In this document: one piece after another, positions 20,099 through 30,279 of the stretch
Layout: every line of letters starts with the position of its first letter
Numbering within the stretch: the stretch's first letter is position 1
Origin: Planctomycetota bacterium
GTDB taxonomy: Bacteria; Planctomycetota; Planctomycetia; Pirellulales; Lacipirellulaceae
Direction: 5' to 3'
Assembly: GCA_039190745.1 (NCBI GenBank)
Contig: JBCCXZ010000016.1
Coordinates: forward strand, 1-63,298
DNA: 63,298 nt
Made by a program: the position numbers and the translations under genes
Notes under the pieces: model-generated
Database searches by the model: none
What the model saw: the letters and a program-made list of their open reading frames with translations, nothing else
Told to the model about the DNA's origin: nothing

Positions 20099-22345
20099 TC
20101 AGAGCTCGAAGTTGAACGTCCGGCTCAAGTAGCGCCACAGCCGCTCGCCGAGCGTCAGGTCACGGATTTTGATCCGCGCCTGCCCGATCAGCCCGTTGCG
20201 GAACAAGCCTAGCGAGTCGTCCAACGGAACCTCCGCCTGGTAGGACGTTTCCAGCGGCCGCACCCGGCCGTCGAGCTCCGACTGCGCCGGCACCGGCCCG
20301 CCGGAGGTGCTCGCCAGGCTCGGCGAAACCGTCTCCATCTCGTCAGGCCCGATGTACGCGATGCGGCTCACAAACACGTGGAACGCCGATTCAGCGAACA
20401 TCAGCCGCACTTCCTGCCCCTCGCGGACAAAGTCGAGGTCGTTCTGCCCGACAATCAGGATGGCGTCCCAGGCGTTGGGGTCGCCGATCATGCAGAACAG
20501 GTTCTCGCCGCTCTCTGCGGTCAGCGTCGCCCCCAGGTTCTTCTTGCTGAGCGGCGTCCCGGTCCAGGAAGCGAGTTCGATGCTGTCGTCTGACGTGTTG
20601 TCGCGTTTGGTCGGCGGGGGGATGACCGTCCCCGCCGTTGGCGCCTTCAGCACGAGTCGATCCAAGTCGCGCAACCGGTTTTCGAGCTGGTCTTCAACCG
20701 CTTCGAGCTCCTCCTCGGCCGTACGGACCTGCAGGCTCGCCGTGTCGTCGTGGAACATCAAGTCGCGTAGCCCAGCCAGCCGCTTCTCGAGCCGCTGGAG
20801 TTCGCCGCGCAGCCGGGCGACGTCCAAGTCGAGCTCCGCGCTCTTGAGCCGCGCGAGCACCTGGCCCTCTTCGACGTGCTGGCCCGGCTCGACGAGCACC
20901 TCGCCTAGCACGCCGGGGACCTCGACGTAGACCGAGTCCGCGTCCCGGGGCCTGAGATCGAAGTGGCACAGCACCTTGGCCGGCAGCGGCACCAACAGCA
21001 CCGCCGCCACCGCGCCCGCCAGCAACAGCAGCGTGGCGTACATCCGCACCCGTTTCACTTTGCTCAGCCTCCCGGGGACCTGAAAAAACTTGTACACCTT
21101 CACGCCGGGCATCACGATCATGCCGTACAAAGACATCAGCGCGATCGCCTGCCCGAGCACTTTCAAGCCGTACGGCTCAAACACCTTGTTCAAGAAGTAC
21201 AGGATCGAGAGCAGGATGAACCAGCGGTAGAAGAACGACGCCACCGTGTAGAGGGCAAACAGCCCCTGGTTCCGCTTCGGCAGGAACGGGTCCTCCGGCT
21301 CCTCCATCCCCAGGCACCACTCACGCAGCTTGCGCGTGAGGATCGTATTGGCCTTCTGCCGCAGGTTTGGCACCTCGAGGATGTCGCTCAGGATGTAGTA
21401 GCCGTCGTACCGCAGCAGCGGGTTCGCGTTGAACAGGATCGTGCTCACCGAGCTGACGAACATAATGTTCAGGCACATGTAGTTCAGGAAGCCCGGCTCG
21501 CTGAACCACCAGACGAACGTGGCGATCGAGGCGATCACCAACTCGACGTACATGCCCGCCGCGCCGATCGCCGCCCGGTGCCACCGGTTCGGCAGCATCC
21601 ACGAGTCGGAGACGTTGCAGTACAAACACGGCGTGAGCACCAGGAACATCACGCCCATCTCGTGGCATTCGCCGCCGAAGTGCTTGCAGGAGAGGCCGTG
21701 GCCGAACTCGTGGATCACCTTCGTCACGCCGAGCGTGACCCCCAACACCAGCCAGTTCTGTGCCGAGAAGAACGTATTGAACGAGGGCAGCCGCGACTGG
21801 AACACGTCGATCTGCACCAGCACCAGCAAGAGTGCAGACAACGCCAGGAAGACGCCGCAGACCGTCGCGGTGCGGGTGAAAAACCAGCTCACCCACGGGT
21901 AGATCAGGTTGAGCAGCCACTCCGGGTCGAACCCCCGGAAGCGGATCGCCAGCACGTTGCTGAACTTGCCGATGGTTTCTTTGCGTCGCCGCTCGTCCCG
22001 ACGCCGTTTGAGCTGCACACCCTGCCCACGAGAATCGGCGAGCACCAGCCCGCTGCGGTGGAGCATGCCGATAAAGTTCTGCAGCTCCTCAACCCGGATC
22101 GTCTGCGGCGGGAAGTCCTCCTCAAACCGCTCCGCGATCTCGTCGAGGCTCGACTCGCCGTCGAGCATCTGCAGGATCGCGAACTCTTCTTCCTCGAAGC
22201 GGAAGTACTGCAGAGCCACCGGGTCCTTGACCACCCAGTAGACCCGGCCTTGGTACCGCACGCGGCGTGCAGAAAGATCGGGCCGGACGCGGATCGCGAG
22301 CCGACGCGAAGAACTCGAAACAATGCTGTCGGCGAGCGTGGGCAA
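20099..22345 (-). CDS. PqqD/RRE-like + M50 (site-2 protease) + biotinyl-lipoyl/HlyD fusion
   Basis: HEFGH and NANPLLRYDG M50 motifs within TM region; N-terminal KDP..YF..LDG..LDEI; C-terminal adaptor. Confidence 0.85.
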   Translation of the reverse strand: MPTLADSIVSSSSRRLAIRVRPDLSARRVRYQGRVYWVVKDPVALQYFRFEEEEFAILQMLDGESSLDEIAERFEEDFPPQTIRVEELQNFIGMLHRSGLVLADSRGQGVQLKRRRDERRRKETIGKFSNVLAIRFRGFDPEWLLNLIYPWVSWFFTRTATVCGVFLALSALLLVLVQIDVFQSRLPSFNTFFSAQNWLVLGVTLGVTKVIHEFGHGLSCKHFGGECHEMGVMFLVLTPCLYCNVSDSWMLPNRWHRAAIGAAGMYVELVIASIATFVWWFSEPGFLNYMCLNIMFVSSVSTILFNANPLLRYDGYYILSDILEVPNLRQKANTILTRKLREWCLGMEEPEDPFLPKRNQGLFALYTVASFFYRWFILLSILYFLNKVFEPYGLKVLGQAIALMSLYGMIVMPGVKVYKFFQVPGRLSKVKRVRMYATLLLLAGAVAAVLLVPLPAKVLCHFDLRPRDADSVYVEVPGVLGEVLVEPGQHVEEGQVLARLKSAELDLDVARLRGELQRLEKRLAGLRDLMFHDDTASLQVRTAEEELEAVEDQLENRLRDLDRLVLKAPTAGTVIPPPTKRDNTSDDSIELASWTGTPLSKKNLGATLTAESGENLFCMIGDPNAWDAILIVGQNDLDFVREGQEVRLMFAESAFHVFVSRIAYIGPDEMETVSPSLASTSGGPVPAQSELDGRVRPLETSYQAEVPLDDSLGLFRNGLIGQARIKIRDLTLGERLWRYLSRTFNFEL

Positions 22346-22347
22346 GG

Positions 22348-23265
22348 CTACTTCACCGTCGCCCGGTTATCAGCCCCGGCGGTCTGATTAATGTGGATTG
22401 TCATCGTCGTCTGGTTCAGGCCCGCAACCATCTGCCAGACGCCGTTGTCGCGGCGGTTCTCGATCTCCGCCCGCACGAGGTAGGTGTTGTCGCCCTGCAC
22501 GAGCGCTCCGCAGTGTGTGATCCGGCCCTTGAAGGTCACCTTCCGGCCGCGTGCCAGGACCACTTCGACGGTCACGGGACGGTCGAGCAGTTCGTCGGCG
22601 TCATACTCACTGGCGAGCACAAACCCGTCGACGTGCATCTGGTCGCGGCGGATCAGCCGCATGACCGGGTCGCCCGGGCCGACCCACTCCGCGTTGTCGG
22701 CGTACACATCGACGATCTCGCCGTCGAAGGGCGCCGCCAGAGTCAACCGCTCCAACGCCGTCTGGGCAGCGTCCCGTTCGGCCTTCTTGGTGTCCGCGTC
22801 GAGCCCGGCGAGTACCTGCTCGTTCGCCGCCCGTTCGATCTGCAGCTTCGCTCTCTCGAAAGCCAGCCGCTTCTCGCGTACCTGGATCAACGGCACGGCG
22901 CCCGGCTGCTCTTCGTTCGCTTGCTCGTCGCCTTTCCAATCGACGTAGGCCACCTCCGCGGCCTTCTGTGCAAATCGTTCGTCGATGTCGTCCGAGGCCC
23001 GCTTGAGCGCCGCGTTTAGGGCAATCTCCGCCACGTGTAACGCCGCTTTCGCCTGGCGGTCGTCGATCCGGGCGAGCGTCTCTCCCGCCTTCACGCGGTC
23101 GCCCTCCTCGACGGGCACCTCGATCAGCACGCCCCCTTCTTCGGCGGCGATCCGCACGTCACGCTGCGGCCGCACCAAGCACCGCTCGACCACCACGTCG
23201 CCCTCGCCGGACGGCGCGTACTGGGCCGCGGCCAACACAGCCAACAGCCAAGCTTTCAAGAACAT
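22348..23265 (-). CDS. HlyD/efflux periplasmic adaptor
   Basis: Signal peptide, VEEGDRVKAGETLARID, coiled coil, APFDG. Confidence 0.88.
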   Translation of the reverse strand: MFLKAWLLAVLAAAQYAPSGEGDVVVERCLVRPQRDVRIAAEEGGVLIEVPVEEGDRVKAGETLARIDDRQAKAALHVAEIALNAALKRASDDIDERFAQKAAEVAYVDWKGDEQANEEQPGAVPLIQVREKRLAFERAKLQIERAANEQVLAGLDADTKKAERDAAQTALERLTLAAPFDGEIVDVYADNAEWVGPGDPVMRLIRRDQMHVDGFVLASEYDADELLDRPVTVEVVLARGRKVTFKGRITHCGALVQGDNTYLVRAEIENRRDNGVWQMVAGLNQTTMTIHINQTAGADNRATVK

Positions 23266-23331
23266 GGAGGCCTCGCTCGGTTGTGCGGCAGGAACCAGTC
23301 CGCCGCGGGTCTTCTTGCAGAGGAAAGTGCC

Positions 23332-25443
23332 TTACAGGCGGAAGAGGATCTTCGACTGCACAAACTCGAACAGGTCGTGGAACCACACGAAGCCAATCGG
23401 CCGCTCGCCGCAGGCGATCTTCGCCTTCACGTCGGCGCCGACCTTCAGCTGCGTCGACGGGTCGTCGGTCACTTTGAGCAGTTCGCTCTGATCGAAAGTG
23501 ATCGTCATCTTTACGGTATTGCCTTCTTCACCCTTCACCTCGGCGTTGGTGTCCATCGACACCACCTCGCCCTCCAGGTAGATCGAGGGGTGCGTCGCCA
23601 GGATGAACGTTACCTTCAGGCGGCTGTCGGCATCCGCAGACCGCTGCTCTTTAAGCTGCTGGGCGACGTACCCCATCTTCGACTCGGGCACGAAGACCTC
23701 TAGCTCCCAGGGACTCGACGGGTCGGCGATCTCCATCAGCCGCAGCCCCTGCCGGACCGGCCGGCTGCGGATGGTCTCCCGCACCTTCCAGGTGACCACC
23801 AAACCGTCGATGGGGCTCTTGAGCGAGAGCTCCTGCTCCTTCTTGGCCAGCAACGCCCGCTGCAGCGTCAGGCTCTTGAGCGACGCGTTCAGCTCGTTGA
23901 TCCGCCCGCTGAGCTCGACCCCCTCGCCGTCGGTCATCCGGCCGTTGTCCTGCTGCTTCTGCCGGACCGCCGAGGCGAGTTGCTGATTCGTTGTAGCGAT
24001 CTGCCCCTCAATGTTTTCTACGTCGGCCTCCAGGTCGGTGCTTTCTAGGCGCACCAACTCGTCGCCCTGCTTCACGCGCGAGCCGTGATCGACATTCACT
24101 TCGACGACTTTCCCGTCCTGCGAAGCAAACACGCCGTTGCGGACCTCGGGCAGCAGTTTGCCGTCGGCCACCACGGTGAAGTCGTAAGGCAAGTAGCAGA
24201 GCGCCCCGATCACGCCGGCGATCGCAGCCGTGGCCAGCACCGTCTTCGGCAGATTGCGGGCCGTCACCAGCACGCGGGTCTTGCCCAGCAGCCGCCACAA
24301 CGGCAGCAGGAACAGCCCCTCGATCTCGCGTGCATTCGAGAGCGCCGTCGCGCTGTGCCGCCGCACGACATCGACGCGTTGCATCAGCCCGTCCGGCTGA
24401 CGGCCGTCGACCAACTGCTCGATCACCACCGCGCCGAGCACGTCGCGGCGTTTGACCTGCTTGTTCTCCAGCTTCGCCTGCTCGGCGAGGTCTTCGTCGG
24501 CGCCCTCGCGCAACGGCAGCACCGCGATCTGCTTCGTCTGCGACTCGTCGACGTAGGCGTTCACCGCCTTCTCGACCTGCGGGGCGAGGTTGCTCGCGTC
24601 GCCGTCGAACCACATGTCGTCGCCCGTGCGGGCCACAGTCCGCGTCAGGTCTCGGAGCATGCGGACCACGTTCGAGCGCTTGTCGAAGGTGTCTTGCCCG
24701 CTGATCGCCACGACGTCGAACTTCGAGCCGCGCTTCACGGCAACCGTCACGCGGTCGCAGCCGATGAGGCGCCGGCCTTCGTTGGCAATCGTGTACGCCG
24801 TCTCCCGCGAGTCGAGGCTGCCGTGCACCAGGCCCGTAAAGCTCTCGAGCTGCTCCCACAGGCTCTGCTTGCTGACGTACTGCTGCAGCCGCCGGTTCTT
24901 TAGGTACTGCCCGGCGAGCCGGCAGATCTGGTCGAGGAACTTCAGATAACCACGCTGAGTGTTCGCACGGGCGCCGGTCCGCTGGAAGACCTCGACTAGC
25001 CCCTCGACGCCCTGGTCGGTGAGGATCGGCGCCAGCACCAGCAAGTGATCGGTGGGGTTGGCCGCAACGTCTTCGCCAGAGTCGTCCCCTCCGCCGAAGC
25101 CTGAGTGGGGGGCCACCAACGCAGCCTCGGACTTCTCCACCACTTGCTGCAGCAGTCGGCCGTGCTGCGCCTGGGCCCGCTGGCTCTCCACCAAGCCGGA
25201 CTGCTTAAGCCCGACCTGGTACTCGAGCTTCATTGCGCCGGTTTCTTCCAACGTCCAGACCACCCCGCCCAGCGCCGCCAGCGCCGTGATGGATTTGTCG
25301 AGGAGAGCCGCGAAGAACTCGGCGGGCTCTGCGTCGGAGCGCGAAAGCTCCTCGACCTCATAAATGAGGGAATTGATCTCCTGCTTGGCACGACGCACGG
25401 CCTCTTCGTCGCCGCCAGAGGGGGGTAACTGCGTTGTGCTCAC
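23332..25443 (-). CDS. GAF-domain + HlyD periplasmic adaptor fusion
   Basis: Two GAF-like segments (IGCDRVTVA), single TM, DGKVVEVNVDHGSRVKQGDEL, SPIDG; GTG start inferred. Confidence 0.82.
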   Translation of the reverse strand: MSTTQLPPSGGDEEAVRRAKQEINSLIYEVEELSRSDAEPAEFFAALLDKSITALAALGGVVWTLEETGAMKLEYQVGLKQSGLVESQRAQAQHGRLLQQVVEKSEAALVAPHSGFGGGDDSGEDVAANPTDHLLVLAPILTDQGVEGLVEVFQRTGARANTQRGYLKFLDQICRLAGQYLKNRRLQQYVSKQSLWEQLESFTGLVHGSLDSRETAYTIANEGRRLIGCDRVTVAVKRGSKFDVVAISGQDTFDKRSNVVRMLRDLTRTVARTGDDMWFDGDASNLAPQVEKAVNAYVDESQTKQIAVLPLREGADEDLAEQAKLENKQVKRRDVLGAVVIEQLVDGRQPDGLMQRVDVVRRHSATALSNAREIEGLFLLPLWRLLGKTRVLVTARNLPKTVLATAAIAGVIGALCYLPYDFTVVADGKLLPEVRNGVFASQDGKVVEVNVDHGSRVKQGDELVRLESTDLEADVENIEGQIATTNQQLASAVRQKQQDNGRMTDGEGVELSGRINELNASLKSLTLQRALLAKKEQELSLKSPIDGLVVTWKVRETIRSRPVRQGLRLMEIADPSSPWELEVFVPESKMGYVAQQLKEQRSADADSRLKVTFILATHPSIYLEGEVVSMDTNAEVKGEEGNTVKMTITFDQSELLKVTDDPSTQLKVGADVKAKIACGERPIGFVWFHDLFEFVQSKILFRL

Positions 25444-25839
25444 TTGCCCGCAACCCGGTGCCAGTACTCGGTTCCCAGCTGCTCCGCCCCCCGAGGGGAC
25501 CGAGCCGCCACGCACGCCAGCCGCACTTGAATATCAGCCCTGCATTGTCCCGCCCGACCGTGTGGTGTCAAAACAAGTTGCGTTGAATCAACACCGCCCA
25601 TTTCCTCCAAAAACAGCCTTCCACGGCCTTTTCCAGCTCGATTCGGACTAGTACGGCCCATGGTGGGTGGTACCATAGGGGATTCTATCAGCCCGGCACA
25701 CCCGACCCGGTTACGGCGAACGGACGGCACAGGCCCGCGGCACTGGTAGCACCCTTCACGAGTAGGCGTAGCCCGAGAGACCCGGAACAGGATTTCAGGG
25801 CCCTGATTTCAGGACCCTGGCGAAACCACCAAGGGAGTC

Positions 25840-26064
25840 ATGGCAAAACAGAAAGAAGAGGCCCTCGAAGTCGAAGGCGTTGTGACCCAGGCGTTGGCGA
25901 ACACCCGCTTCCGCATCGAGATCGAAGGCGGCCATCAGGTCACCGCCCACGTGGCCGGCCGGATGCGCAAGAACTTCATCCGCATCGTCCCGGGAGACAA
26001 GGTCCGGGTCGAGCTCTCGCCGTACGACCTCACCAAAGGCCGGATCACCTACCGCGAACGCTGA
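25840..26064 (+). CDS. infA: Translation initiation factor IF-1
   Basis: [41 protein letters not shown]. Confidence 0.97.
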   Translation: MAKQKEEALEVEGVVTQALANTRFRIEIEGGHQVTAHVAGRMRKNFIRIVPGDKVRVELSPYDLTKGRITYRER

Positions 26065-26502
26065 TCCCGGCGGTCTGCCGCTTGCAACGCGGCTCCGGCC
26101 TTTCGATGGCGGGCCTTTCGATGGCGAGTGGCTCTCGCACGTTGGCCAACCCGAAAACTCGCGGTTTTCTCTCCACTTTCCGGCCAAGATTCTCCCGGCC
26201 GAATGCGTATAGCTGTATAAACGTTCGAACGTCGTGTTGCAGTCCGCCGTACAGGTCCACCGTATCGGGGCGTATCCGCAAGACCGCCCCGTGCAGCGGC
26301 CAGATTGGTTGCCGTACGGGAGGAGCTTCGCGGCTGCTGTTGCATTGCTGGCGGGGCATCGCTCATACAAGCGTGTGCGTACCAGGAGCCCAAGCTGCTC
26401 CAAGGGACGCTCCAATCGGTGGTGAGACCCCACCGCATCCAAGAACCAAAGCCGGCGGACAAGCCGCCGCCAACGTCCTTTCTCGGGAGACCCACTGTGA
26501 AG

Positions 26503-28215
26503 ATGCCCAGGCTCTTTCGCGTAGCCGCCCGGCTACGCACCGCGGCGGCCATCGCCTCCGTTGTCGCCCTCTCCGCCGCGCCCGCCCTCCAGGCCCGGGC
26601 CCAATCCGCCAACGAGTCGAAACCGCTCGCCGTCGTCGGTCTGAGCAGCTTCGACAGCATCGTCGAGGACGTGAACTTCCTCGGCGGCCTAGCCGGCAAC
26701 CCGATGATGGGGCAGCTCGTCCAGCAGATGGGCGTCGCATTCACCCAGGGAATGGACACGACCAAGCCGGTCGGGGTGATCCTGCAGTCTGACGGCGTCG
26801 GTTTCACCGGCGCGCTCTGCGCACCGATCGGCGACCTCGAAAGCTACGTCGAGACGCTCGCGCCCTTCGGCGTAGAGACCAGCGACGAGGGCAACGGCGT
26901 CTGGAAGATCACCGCCAACGACAAAGAGATGTACGCCACCCAGGCCGGCGAGTGGGCGCTCGTCTCCCTGATGCCCGACATGCTCGCGGGGCTGCCCGAG
27001 AACCCCGCCGAACTGATCGAGGCCGTCACCGACGAGTACGACATCGGCGTCAAGGTGATGATGCAGAACGTGCCCGAGAACTATCGGGCCATGGCCACCG
27101 ACACGATTAAGCAAGCCGTCGAGGGGAGCCTGCAAGAACCGCTGCCCGGTGAGAGCGAAGCCGACTTCGAGGCCCGCAAAGAGCAGACGATGTCGCAGGT
27201 CGAGCAGATCGACCAGATCTTCACCGACATCGATGAGCTGACCGTCGGCCTGGCGATCGACGGCGGTAACAACCGCGCGGTGTTCGACTTCGCCTACACC
27301 GTGCTCGAGGGCACCAAGCTCGCCGACCAACTCGCCCTGTACGAAGACAGCAAGACCGACTTCGCCGGGTTCATCCAACCCGACGCGGCGATGATGCTCT
27401 CGCTGACCCAGAAGATGGCCGACACCGACAAGGCCCAGTTCAAGCAGATGATCCCCGCCCTCCGCAAGCAGGTCCGCAACGCGGTCGAGAACGAGACCGA
27501 GCTGCCCACAGACGAGGCCCGCGAGGCAATGATCAGCGCCTTCGACGACTTCATCGACGCCTTTGTCGCCACCATCGACGCCGGGCTGATGGACGGCGGG
27601 GCCGTCCTGAACCTCTCGCCCAACGCGATGAGCCTGGTGGCTGGCGGCTTCATCGGCGAGCCCGCCAAAGTTGAGGAGGGCCTCAAGAAAATCGCCGACA
27701 TCGCCAAGGACGAGCCCGATTTCCCGGGCGTCGAATGGGACGCCGAGTCGCACGCCGGGATCAGCTTCCACACGCTCAGCGTACCGCTGCCGGCCGACGA
27801 GCCCGAGCCCCGCAAGTTCTTCGGCGACGCGGTCGACGTGGCCGTCGGAATCGGTGAGAAGAGCGTTTACTTCGCGCTCGGCCGCGACTGCCTCGCCAAG
27901 GCCAAGGAGGTCATCGACGCCTCCGCCGCTGCGCCCGGCGCCGACGTGAAGCCGATGGAGTTGAGCTTCGCCCTTGGCCCGATCCTCGAAGTGGCCGCGG
28001 CATTCGCCGACGGCGACGACAAGGAGACGGTCCAGATGATCTCCAACGTGCTGAACAACGAATCGCAGGGCCGAGACCACGTCCGCCTAACGAGCGAAGT
28101 CGTTGGGGGCAACTCCGTCCGCGGCCGGCTCGAACTGGAGGACGGCGTCCTCCGCGCCATCGGCATGGGAGCCATGGCCGCACAGATGCGGCAGATGGAG
28201 GCCCAGGGCTTCTAG
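26503..28215 (+). CDS. Exported acidic hypothetical protein
   Basis: Signal peptide ending ARA-Q, strong coding codon bias; start trimmed to MPRLFR. Confidence 0.8.
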   Translation: MPRLFRVAARLRTAAAIASVVALSAAPALQARAQSANESKPLAVVGLSSFDSIVEDVNFLGGLAGNPMMGQLVQQMGVAFTQGMDTTKPVGVILQSDGVGFTGALCAPIGDLESYVETLAPFGVETSDEGNGVWKITANDKEMYATQAGEWALVSLMPDMLAGLPENPAELIEAVTDEYDIGVKVMMQNVPENYRAMATDTIKQAVEGSLQEPLPGESEADFEARKEQTMSQVEQIDQIFTDIDELTVGLAIDGGNNRAVFDFAYTVLEGTKLADQLALYEDSKTDFAGFIQPDAAMMLSLTQKMADTDKAQFKQMIPALRKQVRNAVENETELPTDEAREAMISAFDDFIDAFVATIDAGLMDGGAVLNLSPNAMSLVAGGFIGEPAKVEEGLKKIADIAKDEPDFPGVEWDAESHAGISFHTLSVPLPADEPEPRKFFGDAVDVAVGIGEKSVYFALGRDCLAKAKEVIDASAAAPGADVKPMELSFALGPILEVAAAFADGDDKETVQMISNVLNNESQGRDHVRLTSEVVGGNSVRGRLELEDGVLRAIGMGAMAAQMRQMEAQGF

Positions 28216-28279
28216 CAGCACCAGCTTCTAGCAGCACCGGCCTCGAGCAACACAATGCGGTCGCCACCCTGAAATCTGT

Positions 28280-28315
28280 GGGCCCGGACGCCGGATGCGT
28301 CCGGGCCCTTTTTTT
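28280..28315 (+). terminator. Rho-independent terminator
   Basis: GGGCCCGGACGC-CGGAT-GCGTCCGGGCCC followed by a T run. Confidence 0.85.
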
Positions 28316-28397
28316 GTCCGCCGCTCACGATTACCGTGGGCTGCTAACGCAATGCGGCAGTCCCGCCGAGCAAGCCCAACCACGCAAGATTCCTAGC

Positions 28398-29690
28398 ATG
28401 AGCACCGCCGCCCCCCGCTTCCCCACTCTGATCGATTCGGTCGCCGGACACCCCGTTGCGGAACTGGCAGAGCGTTTCGGCACGCCCGCGTTCGTCTACG
28501 ACGCCCAAACGATCGCCGACCGCATCAACGACCTGCAGCAGTTCGACGTGGTCCGCTACGCCCAGAAGGCCTTGGCCAACCTGGCCGTGCTCGACCTGGT
28601 GCGGCGCAATGGCGCGGTGGTCGACGCGGTCAGCGCCGGCGAGGTCCATCGAGCCCTCAAAGCCGGGTACGAAGCAGGCCCCGGCGAACCGCCCCAGATC
28701 GTTTACACCGCAGATATCTTCGACCGAGAGGCGCTCGAACTTGTCGTCGAGAAAGACCTGCCGGTCAACTGCGGCTCGCCCGACATGATCGCCCAGTACG
28801 GCGAGGCGTGCGCCGCCGCGGGCAAGCCCGGCCTCGGCGTTACGCTACGCATCAACCCCGGGTTCGGCCACGGCCACAGCCAGAAGACCAACACCGGCGG
28901 CGAGCAATCGAAGCACGGCATCTGGCACGAGCAGGTCGGCCACTGCAAAGAGCTCGCCGCCAAGCACGGCCTCTCCATTACCGGCGTCCACATGCACATC
29001 GGCTCGGGCACCGATATGGAGCACCTCGGCCAGGTCTGCGGAGCGATGGAACGCATCGCGATGCAGGTGGGCGACTCGGTCACGTCGATCAGCGCCGGCG
29101 GCGGCATCTCCACCCCCTACCGCGACGAGGACGAGCCCGCCAACCTCGACGGCTACTTCGAGCTCTGGGACGGGACCCGCCAGAAACTCGCCGCGGCCTT
29201 CGGCCACTCGGTCCACCTCGAGATCGAGCCCGGCCGCTACCTCACCGCCGAGTGCGGCAGCCTTATCGCCGAGGTCCGCGCCGTCAAGCACATGGGCGGC
29301 AACCTGTACTACCTGCTCGACGCGGGGTTCAACAACCTGGCCCGCCCCATCCTCTACGGCGCTTACCACCCGATGGCCGTCTGCCCCGCCGACGGCTCGG
29401 TCGGTCGCCCTGAGCAGGAGGCGATCGTCGGCGGCCCCCTCTGCGAGTCGGGCGACATCTTCACCCAGCAGGACGGCGGCTTCGTCAGCTCCCGCAGCCT
29501 GCCCGAGGCGAAGGTTGGCGACTACTTGATCATCGGCTGCGCCGGCGCCTACAGCGCCGTGATGGGCAGCAACTACAACAGCAAGCCGCTCGCCGCCGAG
29601 GTGCTGGTGGAAGACGGCGAGGCTCACCTCGTCCGCGCCCGACAATCGGTCGACGACCTGGTGGCCGGCGAGGTCATCCCGTCTCGCTAA
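28398..29690 (+). CDS. lysA: Diaminopimelate decarboxylase
   Basis: YAQKA (PLP Lys), SKHG, HMHIGSG, GGG, EPGR, GPLCESGD, GAY..M.SNYN. Confidence 0.95.
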   Translation: MSTAAPRFPTLIDSVAGHPVAELAERFGTPAFVYDAQTIADRINDLQQFDVVRYAQKALANLAVLDLVRRNGAVVDAVSAGEVHRALKAGYEAGPGEPPQIVYTADIFDREALELVVEKDLPVNCGSPDMIAQYGEACAAAGKPGLGVTLRINPGFGHGHSQKTNTGGEQSKHGIWHEQVGHCKELAAKHGLSITGVHMHIGSGTDMEHLGQVCGAMERIAMQVGDSVTSISAGGGISTPYRDEDEPANLDGYFELWDGTRQKLAAAFGHSVHLEIEPGRYLTAECGSLIAEVRAVKHMGGNLYYLLDAGFNNLARPILYGAYHPMAVCPADGSVGRPEQEAIVGGPLCESGDIFTQQDGGFVSSRSLPEAKVGDYLIIGCAGAYSAVMGSNYNSKPLAAEVLVEDGEAHLVRARQSVDDLVAGEVIPSR

Positions 29691-30115
29691 GCGGTACGCT
29701 GGTCGAGTGCTTCGAGCAACCGCTGCAGCACCCGAACAAAATCCGCCCGGTCGCGGTCGCTCAACTCTCGGAACAACGCCAGCGTGGCCTCGTTACGGAG
29801 CATGCTCTCCTTCGTGACCACTTCGCCGTCCGGCGTGAGTCCCACGATCGTCGCCCGCCGGTCGCCGGGGTCCGCCTCGCGCCGCACGAGGCCCTCCGAC
29901 TCCAGACCATCGACCAGCTTTGTGATGTTCCGCGGGGTGACCTCTAGCCGGTCACTCAGGTCGCTCATCCGCGCGCCGCCGCCGCACTTCAAGGCCGCCA
30001 GCAGCCGTGCACGGGCCGGCGTCGTGCCCGCCTCCTGGAGCTGCGCGTGCATCCACTCCGAGTACGCCTTCCCGAATCGGGCGACCAACTCCGCGACGTC
30101 TTCCGGCGATGCCAT
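29687..30115 (-). CDS. MarR-family transcriptional regulator
   Basis: MSDLSDRLEVTPRNITKLVDGLE..GLVRR..DPGDRR...LT. Confidence 0.92.
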   Translation of the reverse strand: MASPEDVAELVARFGKAYSEWMHAQLQEAGTTPARARLLAALKCGGGARMSDLSDRLEVTPRNITKLVDGLESEGLVRREADPGDRRATIVGLTPDGEVVTKESMLRNEATLALFRELSDRDRADFVRVLQRLLEALDQRTA

Positions 30116-30279
30116 GCGATTCCCTGACCGGCGAGCGGCCTCTCTTGTCTTTTTGTGTACCAGTTCATAATATACTAGTTCACGAGCCTTCCCGCCCACT
30201 CTGCCACCGATTTCCGGCGGAGAAAGGCGGCCGTGAACCGAACTGATCGCCCACAAAAGCTAGTTGAAGGAACACCGCC

